Assembly: GCF_001194135.2 (NCBI RefSeq)
Contig: NC_068991.1
Location: forward strand, 67,144,566 to 67,208,565
From: Octopus bimaculoides
Lineage: Eukaryota
Direction: 5' to 3'
DNA length: 64,000 nt
The position numbers and the translations under genes were made by a program. The notes under the pieces were generated by a model. That model was not told the origin of the DNA, did not search any database, and saw only the letters and a list, made by a program, of their open reading frames with translations. Below are positions 35,101 through 50,100 of this stretch, piece by piece; position 1 is the stretch's first letter, and every line of letters starts with the position of its first letter.

Positions 35101-38100
35101 GATCAGGTCACTTGCTATGCAAGTACATCTCCGTAAATATTTTTAACTTTTGTTCAAAAATAGATTTTGAGATTAGAACAAGTTTTGGAATGCATACTTT
35201 AAGTTTCCGCCCACACTGATTCTTCTTTAATTACTTTAGTCTTTACTCAATATTTATTGACAGATAGAAACAGAATTGGTCAATCTCAGGCACCGACTTG
35301 ACCACAGTGAGGGCAGTCGGAACACTCTGCAACAAGTGGTAAGCTAAAATATCTGCTATTTGTTCATTGTTAAAAATAAATTGTGATTTAGCTAGATGGA
35401 TCAATGTGTGTGCAGAAAATTCGTCGACAGACAATTTGGCAACAGACAATTCGCCGACAGACAATTCGGCAACAGACAATTCCCACATGGCCTCAAACTC
35501 AACATGGAGGCCTACACCAAGTGCCTAGAGGAGGTTGTGCTGCCCTGGGTCAAGAGGGTGGCTGCTGGAACACCCTATGTCTGGCAACAGGACTCTGCAT
35601 CATACCACACAATTGTCCTGTCTGTAAGCTGTTTGTTGGCCAACATTATGTCAACAAGTTGTCCATCTACTGGACCAATGTATGTTAGTGATAAGGAAAA
35701 AATGGAAAATTCCAGAGATGTAGCAAGATTTGAATTCTCTAGACAAGAATTATTCTTTCAATGGATTATTGCTCTCTCCTTGTTTCGCTGCTATTGTGTA
35801 TGTCATTTTACATTTCTAGGTGTGGCCTGTCTATCTTTCTTCTGGGTCTGTTGTTCTGGTTGATGTTAAACGCTAGATCAACACTTAAAGTACTGATCAA
35901 GTAGATTTACACTTAAAGGAATTCCAACTGTGACCATCTTTTAGGGGTGACTACATTCTCTAATGCACCCTTTTTGCTTTTTTTAAAACAGTAAGATGTG
36001 ATTTGAGGGTGATTTGGTTGCTAGCTCTCACAGGTTGGGCTACATACAGGAGCCCCTTTTGTGGCCTACTTGGGTTTTAGACTTAACCTGTTATTCAGTT
36101 TAACACCCTCACCTGGCACTTTGGGTCCCTTTAGCAAACTACACTCTGTTGCAAGCACTCAGGCCAACTCTACAGTTTGAGGATAACTTCTTCCTTCCTT
36201 TCCAACCTGTCTCAAAAGCCCTGAAAAGTATCATGAGCACTACAATTCCCGCCTGACTAAAACATAATAAAAACGAATTAAATACAGTTATCTTGTTAGG
36301 TAAAATTGGGCAAGTGAGGGCTGTTTCTCTAGAATGCACTGCTTCTGGTAGAATTTGAACCAACTGCACAACTATTGTACTACTGTTCTATATTTAAGAG
36401 ATGAGGAATTATTTACATTATCTACATTTGACGGATATTCGTCCCCATCTTGTTTGTTGTTAACACAATGTTTTGGCTGATATACCCTCCAGCCTTCGTC
36501 AGGTGTCTTGGGGAAATTTCGAACCTGGGTTCTCATTCCTATCGATGTTACTATTATTATTATTATTATATTATTATTAATCAGGTCGCTGCCGTGAATC
36601 GAACTCGGAACCTTGGGGTTAGTAGCCCGCGCTCTTAACCACTACGCCATATGCCCGTGGGCATATTGTACTACTGTCTCTAATACCAGGATTTTTGTTG
36701 CTAGGTTGAAGAGCTTCAAAATCACATGAAAAGAAGTGAACAAGAAAAAGTGCAACTTCAAGGTCAACTTCATGACCAAAGATTAGAAGAGGACACAAAA
36801 GAGAGAGAAAGACTGAAGCTTTGTAAGTTTTATCATTGTTGTATTATTTTCCCCCAAGAGTCCAGACTGAAAGAAATATATGTAATATGTTTTATTACAT
36901 ATATGTAAGAAATATATGTAATATGTCTTACTAGAGACCATTATCAGCTTAGTATTGAGTAATAAGTCAGACTTGAGGAGGATGATAATTGTTTCTTACA
37001 TTAGCATTTGGCTTGTAAAAAGGAATATGGTTAATTTGTATGAAACAAATATAGTGTCCTGAATTAAGATTCTGGTGTATTATTGGTGGTGTAAGTTAAA
37101 TAGAGAGAGATATATAGTATGTATTTTTCCCTTCATTCTTGCATCTCTAGATTATAAGCATTTTAGGAATAATAATATTGAAACCCAATTTTATCTTGGG
37201 AGCTGTGTATAGTTGCTTTAAGAGTTGCATGCTGCCTGTGAGGCACACAGTTTGACTACCATTGATATATATAATATAACAGTATATTAAAACCATAGGT
37301 TGTCTTCTTTTTGTTCATCTAATTTTAGTGGAAAGTGAACGAGAGAAAGAGAAGCAGAGATTGGACAAAGAACTACAAGAACTGAGACAACATCTAACAA
37401 ACACTGTATCAGTTGTTGCTGAGATGGATAATGTGCGACAAAATATACATAAGAGCGAACAACAACGAAGCCAGCTCTCTGACCATATTGAGGTAAAGCA
37501 TCTGTCTCTCTGCTGTCTGTCTATTTAACTGTTTGTTTGTATGTCTGTATCTACTTACCTATATCTATTATCTATTTGTTTATTCATCATCCATGTTCAC
37601 TATTCATTGCTTTCACCTCTGTCCTCATCTCTGCTGTCTGTCACTCTCCTTTCACACTCTCATCAATCAACCTACCCACCCACTCAACCATCCTTGATTA
37701 TCTGTCCCTATTTCTCTCTTTATCCATCTTCTTGTAACATTAGGGTGCGCCCTGATACTTCATCTCCACCATCTTTTCTCCTTTTCCTGTTGGGTCAGCC
37801 ATGTATTTCTTTTACAGCAAGACACTTGTTCTTGTCCCTCTTTCCTACTTTTGCCTCTCAACAACCTAGCACTAAGTCACCTCCCTCAGTACAGCAGCCA
37901 TATTCTGTCTGGTGGTCTTGTCTTGTGAGTGCTGCTTGGTGACTTCAGAAGTGCAGTGCTTTGCAGAAAGCACCCAGTATACTCAGTAAGGTGGTTATGT
38001 GTTTGGAAGGGCATCTAGCCACAGAAACCATATCAAAGCAAACACTGGAGACCAGTGCAACCCTCAGGTTAGTTGGATCTTGTTGAACCATCCAACCCAT

Positions 38101-41100
38101 GTCAAAATGGAATACAGATATCAAATGATAACAATTATGATGTGTCTGTTAACCATCCATCCATCCATCCTCATCTTCATCATCATCATTATTATTATTT
38201 TGTACCCACTTTCCCATGCTGGCACAGGTACAATGGGTTTCTTGAGGCCAGTTTTACAACCAAATGTCCTTCTTATTGCCAACTATTTTATCTGCTTCTA
38301 ATGTCATCCAGGAACATGATTGTCTCTCTGTCTGTTTGTCCATTTATTTCACTGGTTGTCTGTCTGTCTGTCTATCTATCTATCTGCTTGCCAGCCTGCC
38401 TATACATCATCATCAATGTTCTTCTTGAATTATTGTGACCATTCCATCTGTTGTTGCAGGTACTAACAAAAGACATTGAGAACCGAGATCGACAAAATGC
38501 CAAAATCTTGAACCAACTCCGTGAAACGGTTGACAAATATGAAGTGGCTGAACATGGTCGCAGACAACTGGAAAGTCGAGTGGATGACTTGAGTTCTCGA
38601 CTGACTGAAACTACCAGACATTTAGACATAACAAAGAAAGAATTGAGTGAAACCAAGAGAGCACTCGAAGAAAGTCTGAGAAAGCAGGATGTTCTGAGAG
38701 GCAAAACACAAGAAGCAATTAAACAGTGAGTTGTAGAATAATGGACTTCTTCTTTACTTGTGTGTTTAGCAGGTAGTCTTTCATTTGTTTCAGTCCTTGG
38801 ACTGTGGCCATGCTGTAGCACTGTCTTGAAGGGGTTTAGTCAAACAGACTGACTCTGGTACATTTTGTTTTTTGAAGTTTGGTACTTATTCTATCAGTCT
38901 CTTTTGTTGAACTGTCGAGTTATGGAGATGTAAAGAAACCAACACCGGTTGCCAAGTGGTGTGGGGAATAAACACAAATATATTCATACATAGCAAGATT
39001 CCAACTATAGTTTCCATTAACCAAATTCATGCAAAAGATATTGGTTGGTCCAGAGCTATAGTAAGAGACGCTTTCCCAAGGTACTGCGCAGTGGGACAGA
39101 ACCTGAAACCATGTGAAACGAACTTCATAACCACTCAGCCAATTTATCATTTCAGTGAAGTTAAAAGTATCACCATCACCACCACCATCTATTTCGAGTT
39201 GGTCTTCTCCATAGATGATCCCCCCTATGGAGATGGGCTCACTAAAGCTTTATGAATGGATTTGGTAGACAGAAAGCAAATGAAACCCATTGTGTGTGTG
39301 TGTGTGTGTGTTACTATCTCCTTGCCTTTACATTGTGTGATAGTTGTAAAAACAAATGTCCCTATAATGCAACCTTCCTTGAAAACATGTCTGGTCAAGG
39401 GGAGATATTACCTTGCTTGGAAACTGGCGAGGGTTGGCAACAGGAAGAGCATCCAGTTGTAGAAAATCTACCTCCACAAATTCCATCTGACCCAAACAAA
39501 CATAGAAAAGTGAATGTCAAAACTATGATGATGATACACCAGATGATGATGATGATGATGATGAAGTGGGTAATTAATTAATTAGCATTTATCTCAGTTT
39601 GGTTTCTTTGCTTTAGATGGAAACAGAAAGTTCTAGAACTTGAGAAAGAACTTGACTGCAACAAACACACAAGTCAACAAATGATGCAGAGAAATGAAGA
39701 ACTAATCAAAGATTTGGAGTCTTCAAGAGTTCAGCACAATGAAATGGTCTCACAATGGGACAGAGCGAAACGAGAACTGACAGATGCTTTAGTGAGTCTT
39801 TGATTAATCTTTACAATTAAATTAATAATCTAAAACTTGATTTATTCCATTGTAAGACAGCAGCTTTGGTTTTAGTGAAATTCTGTTTAAAGAATATGGT
39901 GATTTTATCTTTTGTCAGGCTGTAAAAGCAAATCAAGAAGAACAGTTACGACTGAAGAATATTGAAAATAATGAACTAAAGTCGCTACAGATGGATTTGG
40001 AAAAAGAACTGAAAGACAGAAATTCTCAGATTGAGAAGGTAATCGGTGATTTGTTGTTTTGTTCTGTAAGCTGGAGAACTGTACTAAGTTCCAGTTTGAT
40101 TTGGCATGGTTTCTAAGGCTGGATGTCCTTCCTAATGCCAACCACTCCTAGAGTGTAATGGGTGCTTTTTACATGCTACCAGCAATGGTGTTTTTATGTG
40201 CCAGTCATGTGACACCAGCATCGGCCACAACAATGATTTCATTTGGCTTGACAAGTCTTCTCAAGCACAGCATATCACCAAAGGTCTTGATCACTTCTGC
40301 CAGACAAATGGGAAGCAGTAATTGAAGTAGATGGTGAATATGCTCCGGAATAATCATTTAACCCATAAACTGCTGGGATTTTGCTGTATGTAACACGAAC
40401 TGCTGAGCCTATTTTGGGTAAAGGTCAACATCGATCTATCACTCGAAAAAAATACTCAGTGTTTCTTAACACCTTCAGTGATTGACTACACTGTTTCTGG
40501 GGTGAAAGGGTATCGTGTGCATACATTATACATCATCAAAATTAGGTCAGATCATGCCCTACTTCCATGGCCTATCGCACTGTTGCGTTGGCCACTGAGG
40601 TGACCTATCGCAGTTTATGGGTTAAAGATGTTTTTATTACATGTTATTGTTTTTGTTGAATAAAATTTGTTGAAAAGAAGCCGCAGTAATTATGCACCAA
40701 CCCAATAATTATCGTATGTATATCATCTTTCCTAATACTATCCATTGTGGTAAAAATATACTTTCAAAGTTACTTCTTATGTGAAGGATAACATTCCAGT
40801 ATTTTCATATTCCCCAAAATATTTGTTATGTATCTATGACAAAGAGTCTTTAAGAGTCTAAACTGTTTCTAAAATTTCAGATTGAACAAGAGCTGCACCA
40901 ATACCAGCTGAATGCTTCTGCACTGCAGTCTGAAAAAGCTGACATGGTTGAAAAACTAACAACAGTTGAAAGTGCACATCGACTGTCACAGGACCATGCA
41001 CAGCAACTAAAGGTGAGTTCACATCACTGTAAAAATGTTTCCAAGAGAAATAGTAAGAAGCATCATATTTTCTGTTTATCAATGAGCCAACCACTGTGCA

Positions 41101-44100
41101 GTTGCTCTGCTGATGAGAAATAGCAGCCAAATCTCCCTCAAATTACATTCTATTCTCTTAAAAAAGGAAGGACATATTGGATGATGTAATAGCGCATGTA
41201 AAAAGGAGCAAAAAATATTTTTATATTAAGCATCCTTTCTCACAAAGATTAACACAACTTCTTTGTGGCAGTATATTTTACTGCTTTTAAATAAGGTGCA
41301 TTATTCCATGTCTTTGTACATCAAATCACTCCTGAACATTTTGCTTGTGATGGACATAAACATCATCACCATACTGCGGAACCAGGGTTGTGTAGACAAA
41401 GACAAGCAATACACATGCACATATTTTGCATATCATCATCATCATCATCATCTTCATCTAACGTCCACTTTTCCATGCTTTTATGGATCAGATGGAATTT
41501 GTTGAGGTAGATTTTCTACAGCTGGATGCCCTTCCTGTTGCCAACCCTCACTTGTTTCTAAGCAAGGTAACATTTTTCCATAGCTTGACATGTTTTTCAA
41601 AGAAGATTGGAAATGAACAGCCTCGTGTGTATGTCCAGACAAGAATAGACACACATGCACACACATCTATAAATGATGGGCTTCTTCCAGTTTCCATTTA
41701 CCAAATCCACTCACAAGACTTTGGCTAATTCAGGGCTATAGTAGAAGATACTTGCTCAAGGTGCCATGCTGTGGGACTGAACCCAGGTCCATATGATTGG
41801 TAAGCAAGCTTCATAATCACAGAGACACATTTGCTCCTCACCCCACACAGGGCTTCATGCCCATTGTTGTAATCTTATATTATAAGAGTCAAGCTAATGT
41901 CCATCTGCCTGTCTTCCACAACGTATATGTAGGAAAGGGGAAGAAGGGGAAGAGAAAAAGTGGTTGTTATTGAGAGAGAGATAGTATGTGAAAAATAGAT
42001 AGATAAGTAGTGTTGTCACCATAGTAGCTAACAAGTTTTGATTAGTGCATATACACAGACAAAATGAAATTCAGCAGTACAGCCAAGAAAAGAGATGACA
42101 GAAAAAGAACTTTGACGAGGAATGTTGCTTATCATGAAGTTATCTTATGATATATTGTTTAATAAACATACTTATTCTGTAAAATATGAAAATAAGTATT
42201 TTAGATAAATCTTATTGTTCAACAGTATTCAAATTGTTATTAATGTTCACTGAGAAAGTCAATTTAAACATTATTTGAACAATTTACGAAGGTATGTGCA
42301 TGATTAACAAATATTTTTACTGGCAGCACAGTGACGGGTAATGTCACAGTGATGGGTAACCTAGTCATTGTTAAAATGTTATATGTTATCAACATAATGG
42401 CAATGCCAGAACAGTGACCAATATCCTGCCAGTTTTAACAATAATAAATTCTTAGACAAGACAGTCTTTTATTGACTTTTTATTAAACATTTTACAGTAT
42501 CAACTGCAAGAATTGAGTCAAGCTAAAGCTGATTTATCTAGTCAGGTAAATGAAATTATGGACCAAAGACAGGTAAGTTAGTATTTATGTTGCAAATTCT
42601 AATTTATGTCTCTTGTGAAAGGAAGTGATATTGTTGAAACCTATGCCATTTGTAAATAACTAATTTCTTTTGCTGGGAATGTCTTTTGTAAATAATTCCA
42701 GGATCTCCGACAAGAAAATGTGAACTTGGAACAAAGAGAGTTACATCTGAAACAACAAACAGAAGATCTAAAGATTCAAATGAAAGAGGTATGAAAAGGA
42801 AATTGAATTTGGTATTTATTTTGTGTGGGTCTAAGGATTATCCTCCTCATCATCATCATCGTCATAACTGATCTATTGCTGTCATTATTGTTGTTGCTGT
42901 CACCATCATCATCCACATATAAGTTTGAAATGTTCATATGTCATATAATATTAATAGACTAATATTATAATATGGTGGAGGCGCTTGGCTTAGTGGTTAG
43001 GGTGTCAGCATCATGATCGTAAGATTGTGGTTTCGATTCCTGGATCAGGCGACGAGTTGTGTTCTTGAGCAAAACACTTCATTTCACGTTGCTCCAGTTC
43101 ACTCAGCTGCCAAAAATGAGTAACACTGCGATGGACTGGCCTCCCATCCAGCTGGGGAACACATATGCCATTGAAACCGGGAAACCGGGCCCATGAGCCT
43201 GGCTAGGCTTTAAAAGGGCGCATTTATTTATTATTAATATTATAATATAATATATCAAGGTGGCAAGCAGGCAGAATTGTTAGCTTGCTGGGCAGAATAC
43301 CTAGCAGCATTTTGTGTGCCTTTACATTCGGAGTTCAAATGCCACTGAGTTTGACTTTGCCTTTCATCCTTTTGGGATCAATAAAATAAGTACCAGTTGA
43401 GGACTGGGGTCAGTGTAATCCACTTACCCCTCTCCTGAAAATCTAGGCCTTGTAGAATATGAAAAAAAATTTGAAACCGATATTGATAGGTTACTCTATG
43501 AATTTTTTTTTTTTGAGTTGTACAAAATCTTTATTACTTAAAATTGGTTACTATTGGTAATAACTTGTTTATTTTTTTAATGTACATGTGGCACCAGCAC
43601 TGGCAAGGTCTGTTTTGGCCATAAAACCCATGCCAAAACAGACCTAGCCAGTGCTGGTGTCACATAAACGCACCCAGGCCACTCTGTAAAGTGGTTGACA
43701 TTAGTGTGGTGTTTGCGTGCGAGTAGATGTAATCGGCTNNNNNNNNNNNNNNNNNNNNNNNNNNNNNNNNNNNNNNNNNNNNNNNNNNNNNNNNNNNNNN
43801 NNNNNNNNNNNNNNNNNNNNNNNNNNNNNNNNNNNNNNNNNNNNNNNNNNNNNNNNNNNNNNNNNNNNNNNNNNNNNNNNNNNNNNNNNNNNNNNNNNNN
43901 NNNNNNNNNNNNNNNNNNNNNNNNNNNNNNNNNNNNNNNNNNNNNNNNNNNNNNNNNNNNNNNNNNNNNNNNNNNNNNNNNNNNNNNNNNNNNNNNNNNN
44001 NNNNNNNNNNNNNNNNNNNNNNNNNNNNNNNNNNNNNNNNNNNNNNNNNNNNNNNNNNNNNNNNNNNNNNNNNNNNNNNNNNNNNNNNNNNNNNNNNNNN

Positions 44101-47100
44101 NNNNNNNNNNNNNNNNNNNNNNNNNNNNNNNNNNNNNNNNNNNNNNNNNNNNNNNNNNNNNNNNNNNNNNNNNNNNNNNNNNNNNNNNNNNNNNNNNNNN
44201 NNNNNNNNNNNNNNNNNNNNNNNNNNNNNNNNNNNNNNNNNNNNNNNNNNNNNNNNNNNNNNNNNNNNNNNNNNNNNNNNNNNNNNNNNNNNNNNNNNNN
44301 NNNNNNNNNNNNNNNNNNNNNNNNNNNNNNNNNNNNNNNNNCCCCCGTTGTTGAAGCTTCCTCTTTAGGTCATGTATTTGTGGTGTGGTGTTGTTAACGG
44401 TATTGCATTGTGTGACGTGTAGCATAGTGTGATATGGTAGATACAGCACAGTACGGTGTGTTGTGGTGTAGTAATTGTTTGATGTGAAGTCGTGCAGCAA
44501 GTTAGTGCTGTGCAGTATTGTAGTGTGGAGTAATTGTGTGGTATAGTGTCATAAGAGTGGTGTGGTGTAATGTAGTTATCAGTGTAGTGTGGCATGATTA
44601 CATATAACAGTGTTATTTGGTGCATTGTGGTGTTACAGTTTAATGTGTTGTAGTGCAGTGACTCTCATATTAACTTATTTAAAGTGTAAATGTTAGCTTC
44701 TTTTTTTTTTTTATTTACATATTCAATTAGTTTCCATGAATCTGTGCAATTGGTCAGATTGTTCTCTGGTGTATAAGGTTAATCATTCTCTGGCACCGAG
44801 TCTTGATTTGGCACATTGCCAGACTGATACCAATATGGGAATGGACTGATTGTGTATTTGCATATTATTTTTTATTTATTATCTATTTATTTATTTATCG
44901 TTTCAGAACCGGGAGAATTACTTTTCCACAATTGAAAGCCTGAAAACCGAACTCAAAGAAACTAGAGTGAGTACTTAAGATATACTATTATAGGTACTAA
45001 TATAGCTGTGTGGTTAAGCCCATGGTTAAGCCCATAGCTGTTCGCACACAGGCATCAAACAATCTGCCTTTCACTCTGAGGGAGAGGCCCTTTGTTGCCA
45101 GCAGAGGTAGGAGCTCTCTGAACTTTGTCCAGTCTAATCTTATTCTCACAGCTATGCTCTCAGAGCATACACCCCCACTACTAATTTGGTCACCTAGACA
45201 ACAGGAACTATCTACTACCTCTAGCTTGCCCCACAGGGGCATCTTCCATATACAAAAGCTAGTTTCCTTGTTAACCTTTCGCGATAGCTCAGTTGGTAGA
45301 GCGGAGGACTGTAGTGTGAAATTACATATATATTTGTACGGGGTTGGCCAAAAGTCACACGACAGTAAATCAAAATACCATAAATACTGTAATTCTGTAT
45401 TGATTCAAATGGGAAAATGTCTCACTCAAGAAGGATTTCAATTTGAACAATTTTCATGATTTTTCATATTTAGATGCTTTTATTAAATTCATTCACTTGT
45501 TAAACATAAATAGATCTTGGAATTAAATGGTTTTGATTTACTGTCAGATGACTTTTGGCCAACCCTATATATATATATATTTATATATATAAGGAGTGAT
45601 TGTTGGTATTGAAACAAAGGTGTTTGAAAAAGGGGTACACACTGATATCACAAATGACATTTCCAGCAAATACTGTTCTATTTATTTATTTATTTTATAT
45701 TTTCGAAGTATCTCATAAAGTTTTCTTTTTTTTTTTATTGAACTATATATAAAGAAAAATAGTAGATATTTATAAAATTTAGATGATAAATTTAAATTTA
45801 ATAACAAAAATAAAATATANNNNNNNNNNNNNNNNNNNNNNNNNNNNNNNNNNNNNNNNNNNNNNNNNNNNNNNNNNNNNNNNNNNNNNNNNNNNNNNNN
45901 NNNNNNNNNNNNNNNNNNNNNNNNNNNNNNNNNNNNNNNNNNNNNNNNNNNNNNNNNNNNNNNNNNNNNNNNNNNNNNNNNNNNNNNNNNNNNNNNNNNN
46001 NNNNNNNNNNNNNNNNNNNNNNNNNNNNNNNNNNNNNNNNNNNNNNNNNNNNNNNNNNNNNNNNNNNNNNNNNNNNNNNNNNNNNNNNNNNNNNNNNNNN
46101 NNNNNNNNNNNNNNNNNNNNNNNNNNNNNNNNNNNNNNNNNNNNNNNNNNNNNNNNNNNNNNNNNNNNNNNNNNNNNNNNNNNNNNNNNNNNNNNNNNNN
46201 NNNNNNNNNNNNNNNNNNNNNNNNNNNNNNNNNNNNNNNNNNNNNNNNNNNNNNNNNNNNNNNNNNNNNNNNNNNNNNNNNNNNNNNNNNNNNNNNNNNN
46301 NNNNNNNNNNNNNNNNNNNNNNNNNNNNNNNNNNNNNNNNNNNNNNNNNNNNNNNNNNNNNNNNNNNNNNNNNNNNNNNNNNNNNNNNNNNNNNNNNNNN
46401 NNNNNNNNNNNNNNNNNNNNNNNNNNNNNNNNNNNNNNNNNNNNNNNNNNNNNNNNNNNNNNNNNNNNNNNNNNNNNNNNNNNNNNNNNNNNNNNNNNNN
46501 NNNNNNNNNNNNNNNNNNNNNNNNNNNNNNNNNNNNCGAGAGAGCAATGGTGAGAGAAATGTGTGGCGTGAGGCTGTTTGATAAGAGGAGGAATGAGGAT
46601 TTGATGGGAATGCTGGGGTTGGAGGAATCGGTGGAATGGTTGGCAAGGGTGAATGGAGTGAGGTGGTATGAGTATGTGTTGAGGAGGGATGAAGAGCATG
46701 TTCTGAGGAGGGTGATTGTGTTTGAGGTAAATGGAGTGCGAAAGCAAGGTAGACCCAGGAAAAGGTGGAGGAGGAGATTGGGAAGGTTGGTTTGAAAAAG
46801 GAGGACACCCAAAACTGGGCGAGATGGTGTGAGGGTGGTTGCTATGGTATTGAGGTAGATATGGCCACCCTCATTAGCTGGGACAAAACCTGGATTTAAA
46901 ACACTGGATGATGATGATGAATTGACTACAGGCAGGTACATGCATGACAAGATAAAAGAACAAACCAGCAAAACAGCTGGTATCAAGTTAGATTAAGATA
47001 TTTATATATTTAAAACACGAGGGTTGAGTTGTTGCAGGAGAATAGATCATAATAATGATAATCCTTTCTACTCTAGGCAGAAGGCCTGAAATTTTGGGGA

Positions 47101-50100
47101 GGGAGCTTGTTGATTACATCGGCCCCAGTACTCAACTGGTACTTACTTTATCGACCCTGAAAAAAATGAAAGGCAAAGTCGACCTCAGTGGAATTTGAAC
47201 TCAGAATGTAAAGATGGGTGAAATGCTGCTAAACATTTTGCTCGGTGTGCTAACGGTTCTGCCAGCTTGCCAAGTAATGATGCGTGCAAAAAGTCTTTTA
47301 CAGCTGTTTTGAGTACAGATGTGCAGATGGTGTATCTTCAGCAAAACAAGCAATAGCTATCCATCAGTGATCTATTCCATCATCAGAGGAAGAATGGGAT
47401 ATAGTAGTTATCTATTCCGTCGTCAGAGAAGGAGAATGTGATTGAAAGTAGTTATATCAGTCTTTCTGGTATTGTTTACAGATATGTATCTACTTGCTAA
47501 ACAGGTAATGTTTACTCTGCCCTTTGCTATTATTTTCAGGCTCGTGAAGTACGTAATAATCAGTTGTTTACAAAACACCTAAATGAAGTTAAAGCTGAAC
47601 ATAATGCCTCTTTACACTCATTGAAAGTAAGTTTGTAATATTAACATATTCATTGTGGGTGATTGTTGTTGTTGTTATTTGGCCTCAAGTGACGATCCCT
47701 GGTGTTGTAAGTAAAAAAAAAAAAACAAAAAAAAAACAAAGAACAAATTGGCGCAAGCGTGGCTGTGTGGTAAGAAGCTTGCTTCCCAACCACATGGTTC
47801 CGGGTTCAGTCCCACGGCATGGCACCTTGGGCAAGTGTCTTCTACTATAGCCTCAGGCTGACCAAAGCCTTGTGAGTGGATTTGGTAGATGGAAACTGAA
47901 AGAAGCCCGTCATATATATATGTNNNNNNNNNNGTGTGTGTGTGTGTGTGTGTGTGTGTTTATTTGTGTGTCTGTGTTTGTCCCCACCACCATCGCTTGA
48001 CAACCGATGTTGGTATTTATGTCCCCATAGTTTAGCAGTTCAGCAAAAGAGACTGATAGAATAAATACTAGGCTTACAAAGAATAAGTCTTGGGGTTGAT
48101 TTGTTCAACTGAAGGCAGTGCTCCAGCATGGCCACAGTCAAATGACTGAAACAAATAAAAGAATAAAAGAAAAAAAAGGATAAATAAATAAGTGTAGGTG
48201 TGGCTGTGTGGTTGAAAAGGTTTCTTTACAATCATGTGGTCTTGGGTTCAGTCCCAGTATGTGGCACCTTAGGTACTTGTCTTCTACCATAACTTCAGGC
48301 CAGTCAAAGCTTTGTAAATGGATTTGGCAGATGGAAACTGAAAGAAGCCTGTTATATATATGTGTGTGTGTTTGTGCATGTGCAATCTCCACAGCGAAGG
48401 CTTTCATGCTTCAGGTATTCTATGTTATGTTCTATATAAATATAAATTGTGTGTGTGTGTGTGTGTTGAGCATAATGTTAATGATGGTATAAATATTTTA
48501 TTGAAAATTTTGTATTATGCTGTATCTTTATGTCCAGTTTGAATTAGCTGAAGAACGGTCAGTCCATAAGAGAACTCAACAGCAATATGATCAACAAAGA
48601 GCTGAAAATGACCAACTTCACCAGAACGTTAGCAGGTTAGTATAATAATAATAATAATAATAATGATAATAATAAATTATAATAATAATAATGAAATTAT
48701 TGTATACAGTGCTCAGGTGCACTACAACTTGTCAGAAGTGCATATGCAGTATTGTACAAATGTCTGGAAAGTGAACAGTGTATGAGTCAGACACATGCTT
48801 GCGTGTGTTTGGAGGGGAGAAAAGCAGGTGTAGTGTTGGCGAATGTCAGGAAGCATTGGAAGTTTTGAAGGATGCAGTGCTCCGACAACTAACAACTGAT
48901 GCCAGCAGTTTGTTCCATGCTTCAGCATCTCCTAGCGTGGAAAAATGTTTCCGAAAGTCATGGGAGCTGTGCTGTTTTCTGACTTTGTAAACATGTCTAC
49001 AAATGGTCTTTCACTTCATAAACACTGAACAGTAACTGTTATCAAAAAGAATGCAGTTTCATACATAAACTTGACCACTATACACACCATTTTAGAAAAC
49101 TGTATTGTACACCCCTCAAAACAACTTACTGCTCTAAACTAAACACCAAATCATACATACACTCCACCATCAACAGAATCAAAGGTCCTTCCTGAGCCAT
49201 AGACTCATATGACTAGTCTCATGGATTCTGTGGTGTATCTGTGACACTCACAAAACTGTACACTTTAACAAACTAAACTTTCAAACTACTGTTTGATGTA
49301 GAGTTCATTATATTATTTTTGTTAACTTTCAGATTAGAAGAAGAAAATAACAAATTATTAACAAAACTGGAAAAATCCTTTGAAGATCTCAAGTCCAAGG
49401 TGAGCTATAGATACGTGTATTCTATATTATTGTTAACTACATAGTAGGGTTGTTTTATAGAAAATCAGAAATCCAAACTGAGCTATACAGACACACTATA
49501 AATGAGGGTGCTGAAAAGTTCCTGGCTTTAAGGGAATTACAAAAGGCCTGGTTGGAAGCCCAACCTTCTAAGTTCTTTTGCGAGGCTTGTACCAAGATGT
49601 GAAACCATTATTATTATGTGTAAATTTACAGAACATTTCAAACCATGCAAACAAGAAATCATAAACAAAACTAACAAAAATAAATAAATGATATAAATAA
49701 CAAACATATTTGTCTTTTGTGTAAATGTCTAATTTACCATTTTTGTTTTATTTCTCAGGAACTGTTGGCAGCCGATGTCAAGAGGTAAGGTGATATTAAC
49801 ACATTTTCTTCGATTCTTTTACTGGTTTCAGTCATTGGACTGCAGCCCATTATGGGGCTTGAGTCTCAGGTGTTTTAATCAACCATCTCAACCCCAGTAC
49901 TCATTTTTGCTAAATTTTGGTATTTATTTCACCAAACTGCTAAAATATGGGATATAAACATGGACACACAAGAACACACATATATACATACATACATACA
50001 TGTATGCGTGTGTGTATATATCATCATTATCATCAATTAACGTTCATTTTCTATGCTGGCATGGGTTGGACGGTTTTACCGGAGCTGGCTAGCCAGAAGA

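Noticed and set aside
36581-36648. tRNA genes at SINE heads (also 26557, 42975, 47750, 53145)
   Set aside because: A and B boxes are present, but there is no complete cloverleaf or acceptor stem, and each continues into repeat-family sequence.
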